This document shows positions 1-7,627 of a stretch of DNA of 39,667 bases, piece after piece. Each line of letters opens with the position of its first letter. Position 1 is the stretch's first letter. The notes beneath the pieces are model-generated. The model saw nothing but the letters and a program-made list of their open reading frames with translations. It had not been told where the DNA came from and did not search any database. Made by a program: the position numbers and the translations under genes. The stretch is from Candidatus Nealsonbacteria bacterium CG07_land_8_20_14_0_80_39_13 (GTDB taxonomy: Bacteria > Patescibacteriota > Minisyncoccia > Minisyncoccales > GCA-002779355), in NCBI GenBank assembly GCA_002779355.1, contig PEWS01000027.1, positions 1-39,667 on the forward strand, in the 5' to 3' direction.

Positions 1-119
1 AAAGAGTATTTTGCTTGGCGGCGAACGTTAGCGAGCAGTGGCGGGGCGGCTTCCTTTGTTCAGGAATTTTTGATAAAGTAGGTTCGAGCGCAGTCATATA
101 GATACTCAGCAAAAAATAT

Positions 120-191
120 GCCGGAGTAACTCAGCGGTAGAGTAGCTGTTTCGTAAATAGCAAGTCGCGAGTTCAAATCTCGCCTCCGGCT
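120..191 (+). tRNA. tRNA-Thr (anticodon CGU)
   Basis: Hand-folded cloverleaf: acceptor GCCGGAG/CTCCGGC, D arm ACTC-AGCGGTA-GAGT, anticodon arm GCTGT-TTCGTAA-ATAGC, T arm GCGAG-TTCAAAT-CTCGC. CCA is not encoded. Confidence 0.85.
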
Positions 192-259
192 CACCTTTAA
201 GGCGCCGATAAGCGCTAATATTAAGCTGATTTCCGCAGATATGCGTAGCGGATAATCCG

Positions 260-284
260 AAAGGAGCTTGGCTCCCTTTTATTT
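260..284 (+). terminator. Possible intrinsic terminator after tRNA-Thr
   Basis: GGAGC-TTG-GCTCC hairpin followed by CTTTTATTT. Confidence 0.45.
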
Positions 285-294
285 GCTTAGAAAA

Positions 295-323
295 TTGACA
301 TTGATATGGTTGTGCGGTATTAT
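295..323 (+). promoter_or_regulatory. Sigma70-type promoter (TTGACA-17-TATTAT)
   Basis: Consensus -35 at 295-300, a 17-nt spacer, and TATTAT at 318-323. An ATG-TAA start-stop pair begins 6 nt downstream, at 330-335. Confidence 0.6.
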
Positions 324-701
324 TTCTGTATGTAAATCTACGCTACCCTACGCGCTCTTTTAAATTTTAAACGGCCTTAATATTCGGAATGTCCGGAATG
401 GTCAGAATAAATTAAAAAGAGAAAGATGAAGGTAAAAATATAAAAATTAAAAATATAAAATATAAAAATAAAAATCTAAAAAAATGAACGCACGGGTAAT
501 GATTGCAAGAAGGAGAAAAAGAATTAAAGGAAAAACAGAAACAGGAGGGGGTTGCGGATGGACAGGGCTTCTTAAAAAAGATCCAAACAGACGTCATCTT
601 CGTGCCTGAACAAACCCCTTGGAGAACCATTCTTTTATCGGCTCTTCTTTTTTTGCTTTAAGTTTTGCGGAAAAAATGATAAGCTGTATTTATATTAAGG
701 T

Positions 702-1815
702 ATGGAAAATTTGAAAGAAAAACAAGAGAAACAGGAAGAGCTGCAAAAAAGAATCCTCGCGCTTGAGGACTGTCTTTGACGTTGAGAAAAAGAAAAACAT
801 GATAATTGAGATGGAAAAAGAAACCCTGTCTCCTAATTTTTGGGAGAGAAGGGAGGACGCAGTCAGGATCAGTCAGGAATTATCCCAGTTGAAAGAGGAT
901 GTGGCGGAAATGAATTGCCTGAAAGAGGATTTTGAGATAATAAGGGACTTAGGCGAAGAATTAGAGCTGGAAAAATTGGAAAAGAGAATAAAAGAAAAAG
1001 AAAAAATGCTTTTTCTTTCCGGAAAGTATGACAAGGGCAACGCCTTCCTGACTATTTATTCCGGGGCAGGCGGACAGGATGCGCAGGATTGGGTGGCTAT
1101 TCTGTTGAGAATGTATGAAAAATATTGTTCCCGCAAGAATTTTAAAGTAAAGATTTTGGATCAGGCCTTCGGAGAAGGAGGCGGGCCGGAAGGAAGAATT
1201 GGAGTAAAGCAAGTTTCTTTAGAAATTATCGGTCCATACGCCTACGGTCTTTTAAGAGGAGAAATGGGAGTTCATAGGTTGGTCAGGATTTCTCCTTTTT
1301 CTTCTAAATCTTTAAGGCACACCTCATTTACTTTAGTGGAGGTTTTGCCCGAAGTGAAGGAAGCGGGAGATATGATTGTTCCTCCGGATGATTTGAGAGT
1401 TGATCTTTATCGTTCTTCAGGGCCGGGCGGGCAGAATGTCAATAAAAGAGAGACAGCAGTCAGAATAACTCATTTGCCGACAGGAATTGTTGTCGCCTGC
1501 CAATCAGAAAGGTTGCAGGGTTCAAACAAACAGAAAGCGCTGGAAATTCTTTATTCAAAACTTTATGAATTGAATAAAGATAACAAAAAAAAGGAGATGT
1601 CTGAAATAAAGGGAGGAAGGATTTCAGCTGAATGGGGAAGCCAGATAAGATCTTATGTCGTTCATCCTTATAAAATGGTAAAAGATTTAAGGACGGATGT
1701 TGAGACTTCCGATGTGGATAAAATTTTAGACGGGGGACTTGATGATTTCATTGAAGCGGAACTTAAATTACCTGCCCGCAATGCTGAATATAGCGATGCA
1801 GGCGGGAAAAGCTAA
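702..1815 (+). CDS. prfB: Peptide chain release factor 2, made by +1 programmed frameshift (ORF0 702-776, then 778-1815)
   Basis: ORF0 reads MENLKEKQEKQEELQKRILALEDCL and ends at CTT TGA C (774-780), the classic RF2 shift site. The downstream frame carries the SPF and GGQ motifs (RISPFSS, SGPGGQNVNK). Confidence 0.93.
1771..1806 (+). repeat. GC-rich palindromic element, in-frame copy at the prfB C-terminus
   Basis: CCTGCCCGCAATGCT-GAATAT-AGCGATGCAGGCGGG. The arms pair, with wobbles and mismatches. It encodes PARNAEYSDAGG. Confidence 0.7.
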
Positions 1816-1817
1816 AA

Positions 1818-2513
1818 ATGATAACATTTGAATCAGTAACAAAAGTTTATTCTTCTAAAAAATGCAAGGAGCCGATGAAGGCTTTGGACAATGTTTCTTT
1901 TGAGATAAAACCTAAGGAATTTGTTTCCATCGTCGGCAGGTCGGGTTCAGGGAAGACAACTTTATTGAAAATTATTCTGGCCGAGGAGAAGCCGACAGAG
2001 GGGGCGGTTTTTTTTGAAGGTTGCAATATCCATAAGCTGAAAATGAAAGGCCTTCCTTTCTATAGGAGAAAGATAGGCGCTATTTTTCAGGATTACAAGC
2101 TCCTTTGCTCTAAAACGGTTTATGAAAATATCGCTTTCGTGATGCAGGTTACCGGAGCCGGCGACGTGGAAATAAAAAAAGACGTTCCTAAGGTTTTGGA
2201 AATAGTCGGCTTAGCGGAAAAGTCCAACAACTATCCGGCTGAACTTTCCGGAGGAGAGAAGCAAAGAGTGGCCATTGCCAGAGCCTTGATTCATCGTCCG
2301 GAGGTAATTCTGGCCGATGAGCCGACCGGCAATTTAGACCCTTACAATGTCTTGGAAATTATCAATCTTTTAGTTAAGATTCAGGAGATGGGTACGACCG
2401 TTATTTTAGCCTCTCATAATAAAGATGTAGTTAATTCCATCGGGAAAAGGGTTATTACTTTAGAAAAAGGAAAAATAATAAGAGACGAAGAAAACGGAAG
2501 ATTCATTCTATAA
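1818..2513 (+). CDS. ftsE: Cell division ABC ATPase FtsE
   Basis: Walker A GRSGSGKTT, ABC signature LSGGEKQR, Walker B ILADEPTGNLD. It is adjacent to an FtsX-like permease. Confidence 0.9.
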   Translation: MITFESVTKVYSSKKCKEPMKALDNVSFEIKPKEFVSIVGRSGSGKTTLLKIILAEEKPTEGAVFFEGCNIHKLKMKGLPFYRRKIGAIFQDYKLLCSKTVYENIAFVMQVTGAGDVEIKKDVPKVLEIVGLAEKSNNYPAELSGGEKQRVAIARALIHRPEVILADEPTGNLDPYNVLEIINLLVKIQEMGTTVILASHNKDVVNSIGKRVITLEKGKIIRDEENGRFIL

Positions 2514-2536
2514 TTTTTTTAATTTTTTAAATTTTT

Positions 2537-3445
2537 ATGTTTGTTGCGATTAAGAGGGCTTTAAAAACAGGGTGGAAAAGTTTTTGTTGGAACATCGGCT
2601 CAACCATAGCCACTATTTTTGTTTTGACGATAACTCTTCTTATTTTCAGCTCTATATTTTTGATGAAAGATGTGAGCGATTTTATGATTTCAAAAGTTCA
2701 GGAAAAAGTTGATGTCTCTGTTTATTTTTTGGAAACAACGGATGATAAAAGTATTTCAAAGTTCAAGGAAGAAGTTTTGAAAATAAAAGAGATAAAAGAG
2801 ATAAATTATGTTTCCAAGGAGCAGGTTCTGGCTGATTTTGAGGAGAGGCATAAAGGCGACCCTATTCTGATGAGCGCTTTGGAGGAAGTGGGAGGCAATC
2901 CTTTCTCTTCAGTCCTGAATATCAAGGCTGAAGAAATGGACCAGTATGAATCAATAAAAAATTCTTTGGAGAAAATTCCTTCCGAAGCCGTTGTTAAAAA
3001 AATAGATTATTTCCAGAGGAAGCCGATGATTGAAAGGATTGTCAATTTGACTAAGGCGGCAAGCAACGTCGGCATCAGTCTTTCAGTTGCTTTGGCGCTG
3101 ATATCGGTTTTAGTGACCTTCAGCACAATCAGGCTGGCGATCTATAACAATAGAGAGGAAATAAAGATACAAAGATTAGTCGGCGCTTCCAATTGGTTTG
3201 TCAGGGGTTCTTTCTTGGCCGAAGGAGCTCTCTGCGGTTTCTTGGCGGCCGTCATTTGTTTATCCATAGTTGCTTTGCTTTCGTGGCTTCTTTCGCCTAA
3301 GATTGAATATTTCTTTTCCGGTTTGAATATTTATGAATTTTTTTGTCAAAAAATATGTTCATTGGCTTTAATTCAAATTTCCATCGGAGTAGGATTAGGG
3401 ATAATTTCAGCTTTTATCGCCACCAGGAAACATTTAAAAATATGA
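2537..3445 (+). CDS. ftsX: Cell division permease-like protein FtsX
   Basis: N-terminal TM segment, an extracellular domain, then three C-terminal TM segments. It lies directly after ftsE. Confidence 0.85.
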   Translation: MFVAIKRALKTGWKSFCWNIGSTIATIFVLTITLLIFSSIFLMKDVSDFMISKVQEKVDVSVYFLETTDDKSISKFKEEVLKIKEIKEINYVSKEQVLADFEERHKGDPILMSALEEVGGNPFSSVLNIKAEEMDQYESIKNSLEKIPSEAVVKKIDYFQRKPMIERIVNLTKAASNVGISLSVALALISVLVTFSTIRLAIYNNREEIKIQRLVGASNWFVRGSFLAEGALCGFLAAVICLSIVALLSWLLSPKIEYFFSGLNIYEFFCQKICSLALIQISIGVGLGIISAFIATRKHLKI

Positions 3446-3462
3446 AAATAAAATAATAAAAT

Positions 3463-3915
3463 ATGACTAAATATCTGACCAAAGAGGGTTTGGAAAAATT
3501 AAAAAAGGAATTGGATTATCTGAAAAACATTAAAAGAAAAGAAGTGTCCGCGGCCATTAAATATGCCGCTGATTTTGGCGACTTAAAAGAGAACGCCGCT
3601 TATGACGAAGCTAAAGACGCTCAAGGATTTGTGGAGGGCAAAATTTTGGAACTGGAGAGAGCCGTCGCCCAAGCCCATGTTATTGAAGCGATAAATAACG
3701 GCAAAATTCAAATAGGCTCAATTGTTTCAATCCGTTCTGGAGAAAGAGAAGATAGATTTCATATTGTCGGCCAGGAAGAATCGGATATTATGCAGGGGAA
3801 AATTTCGTATCAATCTCCTCTGGGGTCAGCTCTTATGGGCAAGACTGAAGGAGAAAAGGTTATCATTAAAATTGCGGAAAACAAGACTGAATATAAAATA
3901 ATTAAAGTTGAATAA
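3463..3915 (+). CDS. greA: Transcription elongation factor GreA
   Basis: LTKEGLEKLKKELDYL, then GDLKENAAYDEAKD in the coiled-coil finger, then a C-terminal FKBP-like domain. Confidence 0.92.
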   Translation: MTKYLTKEGLEKLKKELDYLKNIKRKEVSAAIKYAADFGDLKENAAYDEAKDAQGFVEGKILELERAVAQAHVIEAINNGKIQIGSIVSIRSGEREDRFHIVGQEESDIMQGKISYQSPLGSALMGKTEGEKVIIKIAENKTEYKIIKVE

Positions 3916-3927
3916 TTTTTCAGGAAA

Positions 3928-4674
3928 ATGAAAATTAATCTGCTGATTATAGGTTTTGCTACGGGATTTATAAGTTCTTTTTTGGGTATCGGCGGAGGGG
4001 TTTTTCTTGTTCCGGCCTTGGAGTATTTTTGGGGCTATAATTTTGAAAGAGCCATCGGCGCTTCCTTGGCCATAATAGCTCCGATTGTTTTGGCCGGATT
4101 GCTGTTCCATTTTTTGATAGAAGCCGAGAATATTAAGCTGGTGTTTGCCGCTTTTGCCGTTCTTGGTTCAATTATCGGAGCTAAGATCGGCGCTAATCTG
4201 GCTAACAAAATAGAGGACGGATTGCTGGCAAAAATTTTCTCTTTTGTTTTTGTTTTAGCCGGATTGAAGCTGACGGGAATAATTTGTTTTCCCATAGAAC
4301 AAATTTTCAGTGAAAATATTTATCCGCTTCTGATTGTCTTAGGGCTGGCCGCCGGAATAATATCAGCTCTTTTCGGCATAGGAGAGGGACTGATAATTGT
4401 TCCGGGTTTAAGCCTTTTTTTCGGCTTTTCAATGCAGGAAGCCATAGCTACTTCTTTGGCTGTGATATTTCCAACGACATTAGCCGGGGCGCTGTTTCAT
4501 CATAAATTTAATAATATAGAAATGGATGTTGTGAAGAATTTGATTCCCGCGGCTTTAGCCGGAGCTTTTTTCGGCGCGCTTTGCGTCAATATCATCCCTT
4601 CTCTTTTCGTAGAAAAGATTTTCGGAATTTTCATGATTCTTTATTCAATTAAAACCTTTTTAAGAAAAAATTAA
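3928..4674 (+). CDS. TauE/SafE (DUF81) family membrane transporter
   Basis: Polytopic membrane protein with an internal duplication. The GIGGG / GIGEG motifs are typical of this family. Confidence 0.75.
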   Translation: MKINLLIIGFATGFISSFLGIGGGVFLVPALEYFWGYNFERAIGASLAIIAPIVLAGLLFHFLIEAENIKLVFAAFAVLGSIIGAKIGANLANKIEDGLLAKIFSFVFVLAGLKLTGIICFPIEQIFSENIYPLLIVLGLAAGIISALFGIGEGLIIVPGLSLFFGFSMQEAIATSLAVIFPTTLAGALFHHKFNNIEMDVVKNLIPAALAGAFFGALCVNIIPSLFVEKIFGIFMILYSIKTFLRKN

Positions 4675-4769
4675 TGTCAATTTTGACCAAAAAGATAAGC
4701 TGGCCAATTGTAATTTTAATCTCCCTTTTCTTGAGCGCCCTCCTTCTCTTTTTAGAAGTCCATTTTATT
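4674..4769 (+). CDS. Possible 31-aa single-TM peptide (MSILTKKISWPIVILISLFLSALLLFLEVHFI)
   Basis: Its start overlaps the upstream stop as TAATG, and the core is hydrophobic. It is below the ORF-track cutoff. Confidence 0.25.
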
Positions 4770-4794
4770 TAAAAAATGAAAAATTAGAAAAACT

Positions 4795-5931
4795 ATGGAG
4801 CCGTTGGCGTCTAAAATAAGGCCGAAAAATTTAAGCGAATTTGTCGGCCAAAAACATCTGACAGGAGAGGGAAAGCCCCTCAATGTTGCTATTAAAAACA
4901 AGCATCTGTTTTCTTTTATTCTTTGGGGCCCGCCGGGAGTGGGAAAAACAACTTTGGCGAAAATATACGCTAACGCTTTAGACGCCTGCCTTTACGAACT
5001 TTCTGCCGTTTCAGCCGGAAAAGCTGATATAAGAAAAATAATCAGCGAAGATACAGGAGATAAGCCGAAGATATTATTTCTTGATGAAATCCATCGTTTT
5101 AATAAAGCCCAGCAAGATTTTCTTTTACCTTTCGTTGAAACGGGGAAAATTACTTTAGTTGGCGCGACTACGGAGAATCCGAGTTTTGAAGTTATCTCCG
5201 CCTTGCTTTCCCGTTGCCGGGTTTTTGTTTTAAACGAACTTTCAAAAGAGGAAATGGCAGGAATAATTAAAATGACCGGTTTTAAGCTTAATAAGGAAGC
5301 TGAAGAATGGTTGATAGCTATGGCTAATGGCGACGCTCGGCAGGCGATTACGATGCTGGAAAATGCCTCTGAATTATATGGGAAGATTACAAAGGAAACG
5401 TTGAAAGACACTCTTCAGTCAAAATTTTTACGTTACGACAAACAGGGAGAAGAACATCATAATACCATCAGCGCTTTTATTAAAAGCATGAGGGCCGGAC
5501 AGCCTGATGCCGCCTTGTATTATCTGGCCAGAATGATAACTTCCGGCGAAGACCCTAAATTTATCGCCAGAAGAATGGTTATTTTTGCCAGTGAAGATAT
5601 CGGCTTGGTTCAGCCGACGGCTTTAGTGGTGGCCAATGCGGTTTTTCGGGCAGTGGAAATAATCGGCCTGCCGGAATGCGGAATAAATTTAGCCACAGGG
5701 GTTGTTTATTTGTCCACCTGTAAAAAAGACAGAAGCGCTTACGACGCTTATCTTTTGGCGATGGAAGATGCGGAGGCCTACGGGAATCTTCCGGTTCCTT
5801 TGAAGATAAGAAATGCTCCGACAAAGCTGATGAAGAATTTGGATTATGGCAAGGGTTATGAGCCGTATTCAAAAGAAGATTTCTTGCCCGACGAGATCAA
5901 AGGCAAAAAATATTTCCTCCCTAAGGCTTGA
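4795..5931 (+). CDS. rarA: Replication-associated recombination protein A (AAA+ ATPase, MgsA/RarA)
   Basis: Walker A [9 protein letters not shown], Walker B [11 protein letters not shown], and the C-terminal MgsA domain ([27 protein letters not shown]). Confidence 0.92.
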   Translation: [378 protein letters not shown]

Positions 5932-6012
5932 CGAGACTTTATCTTTTTGCTGAAATAGAGTTATACGGAGATTCAATACCTCGGACATTCATCATTTCTA
6001 ATAGGTGATTTA

Positions 6013-6648
6013 TTGATAGACCCTTTCTCGGAAGGAGAATTTTACTTTAAAGATGAACAGGAGGATGCAAAATGTAAAATTATCTGCATTTCTCATGACA
6101 CTCATTTGGAAGAGGTTTTTGAATTGGCGAGGATCAATGACGCTGTAATTGTGGCCGTAGAACAGATCGCTAAAATAGCTTTAACTAATGGATTAAAATC
6201 AGAAGAAATGAATATAGGGGGATGGATAAGAATAAGAAATTGGAAAATAAAAATGGTGGAGGCTGTTCATTCTTCAGGGACAGGGCATTCAGTCGGATTT
6301 ATACTGGAGGATATGGATTCAAACACAAAGATTTATCATTCCGGCAATACCGGTTTGTTTGGGGATATGAAATTAATCGGAGAAGAGGATATTGATATCG
6401 CTATGCTTCCGATAGGAGACAGATATACGATGGGGATAAAAGACGCTTTAAGGGCAGTCGATTTTATTAAGCCGAAAGTTGTGGTTCCTATGCATTACAA
6501 TACATTTCCCGCTATCGGAGCTGACCCGGAAGGTTTTGCTAAAATGTGCCACGCTAAAGTTGAGATTTTTAACATCGGAGAAATAAAAAATTATAGCGTA
6601 GGTAAAAAATCGTTCGTCCCTTTTACAGGAAAAGACAACCTCGCCTAA
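6013..6648 (+). CDS. UPF0173-type metallo-beta-lactamase-fold hydrolase; start unclear (frame open from 5959) and degenerate metal motif
   Basis: Family blocks are present: LIDPF, MNIGG, HSS, GDTGLFGDMKLIGE, LPIGD.YTMG, PMHYNTFP. See the related finding. Confidence 0.7.
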   Translation: MIDPFSEGEFYFKDEQEDAKCKIICISHDTHLEEVFELARINDAVIVAVEQIAKIALTNGLKSEEMNIGGWIRIRNWKIKMVEAVHSSGTGHSVGFILEDMDSNTKIYHSGNTGLFGDMKLIGEEDIDIAMLPIGDRYTMGIKDALRAVDFIKPKVVVPMHYNTFPAIGADPEGFAKMCHAKVEIFNIGEIKNYSVGKKSFVPFTGKDNLA

Positions 6649-6684
6649 AAATATTAAAATAGCGTTTGAGAACAACGGAGGAGA

Positions 6685-6709
6685 ACAACGGAGGACGGGC
6701 CTCCGTTGT
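6685..6709 (+). terminator. 10-bp GC-rich hairpin after the hydrolase gene
   Basis: ACAACGGAGG-ACGGG-CCTCCGTTGT, preceded by a direct repeat of GAGAACAACGGAG. There is no strong U tract. Confidence 0.4.
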
Positions 6710-6734
6710 AAAATTATCTCAAATATACTAATAT
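6706..6734 (+). promoter_or_regulatory. Promoter TTGTAA-17-TAATAT, 7 nt before the ATG (leaderless layout)
   Basis: -35 at 6706-6711, -10 at 6729-6734, ATG at 6742. Confidence 0.55.
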
Positions 6735-6741
6735 TGTAAAT

Positions 6742-6990
6742 ATGGCAAACATCTATCTTCAAAAGCAATTAGAATACTTTAAGGCGCGTCAAAAAGAACT
6801 CGTAGAAAAATACGAAGGGAAATTTCTTGTCATCAATGGCCAGAAAGTCCATGGCGTTTATGATACAGAAATAGAAGCATATGCTGACGCTAAAAAGAAA
6901 TTTGAATTAGGCAATTTTTTAATCCAACAATGTCTATCCGGTCAAGAAAGCTATACCCAAACCTTTCATTCTCGGGTTGCGCTTTCTTGA
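6742..6990 (+). CDS. Small DUF5678-like protein
   Basis: The pattern KYEGKFLVINGQKVHGVYDTEIEAYADAKKKF resembles DUF5678 small proteins. This is from memory of the family, not a search. Confidence 0.45.
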   Translation: MANIYLQKQLEYFKARQKELVEKYEGKFLVINGQKVHGVYDTEIEAYADAKKKFELGNFLIQQCLSGQESYTQTFHSRVALS

Positions 6991-7042
6991 TTTCATGTAG
7001 CATCATGCATTTACCATCCGACATAACGGACAAGTAAGAGTA

Positions 7043-7555
7043 TTGTTTACTAAAGTGAATGTGTCTTTGCCGATTACCCCAGAAGAAGCGCAAACACAAA
7101 AAGTTGAACTCAAAGAGTATATTGCGATTTGGGATACAGGGGCAACGCACTCTGCTATAACGAAAAAGGTTGTAGATGATTTAAAATTGCAACCTACGGG
7201 AATGCGGGAGACGAGGCACGCTGGAGGAAAATCTTCGAATAATACATATCTCGTTAATATCGCATTACCTAATAATGTGATGGTACATCATGTGCGAGTG
7301 ACAGAAATCCAGCTTATTCCAGATGATAATGCATCGGACGATGAGCAACCCCAGCTTTTGATAGGAATGGATATAATTGGACTTGGTGATTTTGCTGTTA
7401 CTAATGTTAACAGCAGAACTACTTTTTCATTCAGGATTCCAGCGGTTGAGGAGATAGATTTTATACCGGATGCTCAAGAGAATAATGTGATGGAAAGCGG
7501 CAATAGGCAAGAGTGGCGCGCTTTTCAAGCGAATAAAAGGAAAGGGCTGATTTAA
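7043..7555 (+). CDS. Retropepsin-like (clan AA) aspartic protease; non-ATG start (TTG 7043 or GTG 7055)
   Basis: The active-site motif IWDTGATHSAI (D-T-G-A) lies about 35 residues from the N-terminus, and LIGMDIIG lies in the C-terminal half. Confidence 0.7.
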   Translation: MFTKVNVSLPITPEEAQTQKVELKEYIAIWDTGATHSAITKKVVDDLKLQPTGMRETRHAGGKSSNNTYLVNIALPNNVMVHHVRVTEIQLIPDDNASDDEQPQLLIGMDIIGLGDFAVTNVNSRTTFSFRIPAVEEIDFIPDAQENNVMESGNRQEWRAFQANKRKGLI

Positions 7556-7585
7556 AAAGTTATTACTGCCAAAATTTTTATATTA

Positions 7586-7615
7586 GAAGCTTTGGAAAAT
7601 AAGCTTCCTTTTTTT
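7586..7615 (+). terminator. Intrinsic terminator between the convergent protease and pyk genes
   Basis: GAAGCTT-TGGAAAAT-AAGCTTC followed by CTTTTTTTG. Confidence 0.7.
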
Positions 7616-7627
7616 GTTTAAAATCCG

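Noticed and set aside
412-630. A 72-aa minus-strand ORF in the prfB upstream spacer. Similar antisense ORFs occur elsewhere, for example 961-1212, 10191-10520, 28148-28492 and 28529-28843.
   Set aside because: The translations are F/L/S-rich, which is typical of reading A-rich repeats or Lys/Glu-rich coding regions backwards. There are no start-context or motif signals.
777-779. The in-frame TGA in prfB could indicate an alternative genetic code (UGA=Gly, as in some CPR lineages).
   Set aside because: The context CTT TGA C with a downstream +1 frame is the canonical RF2 autoregulatory frameshift. RF2 itself is present, and many ORFs here (tsf, ftsX, the pilin, the glutaredoxin-like gene) terminate at TGA.
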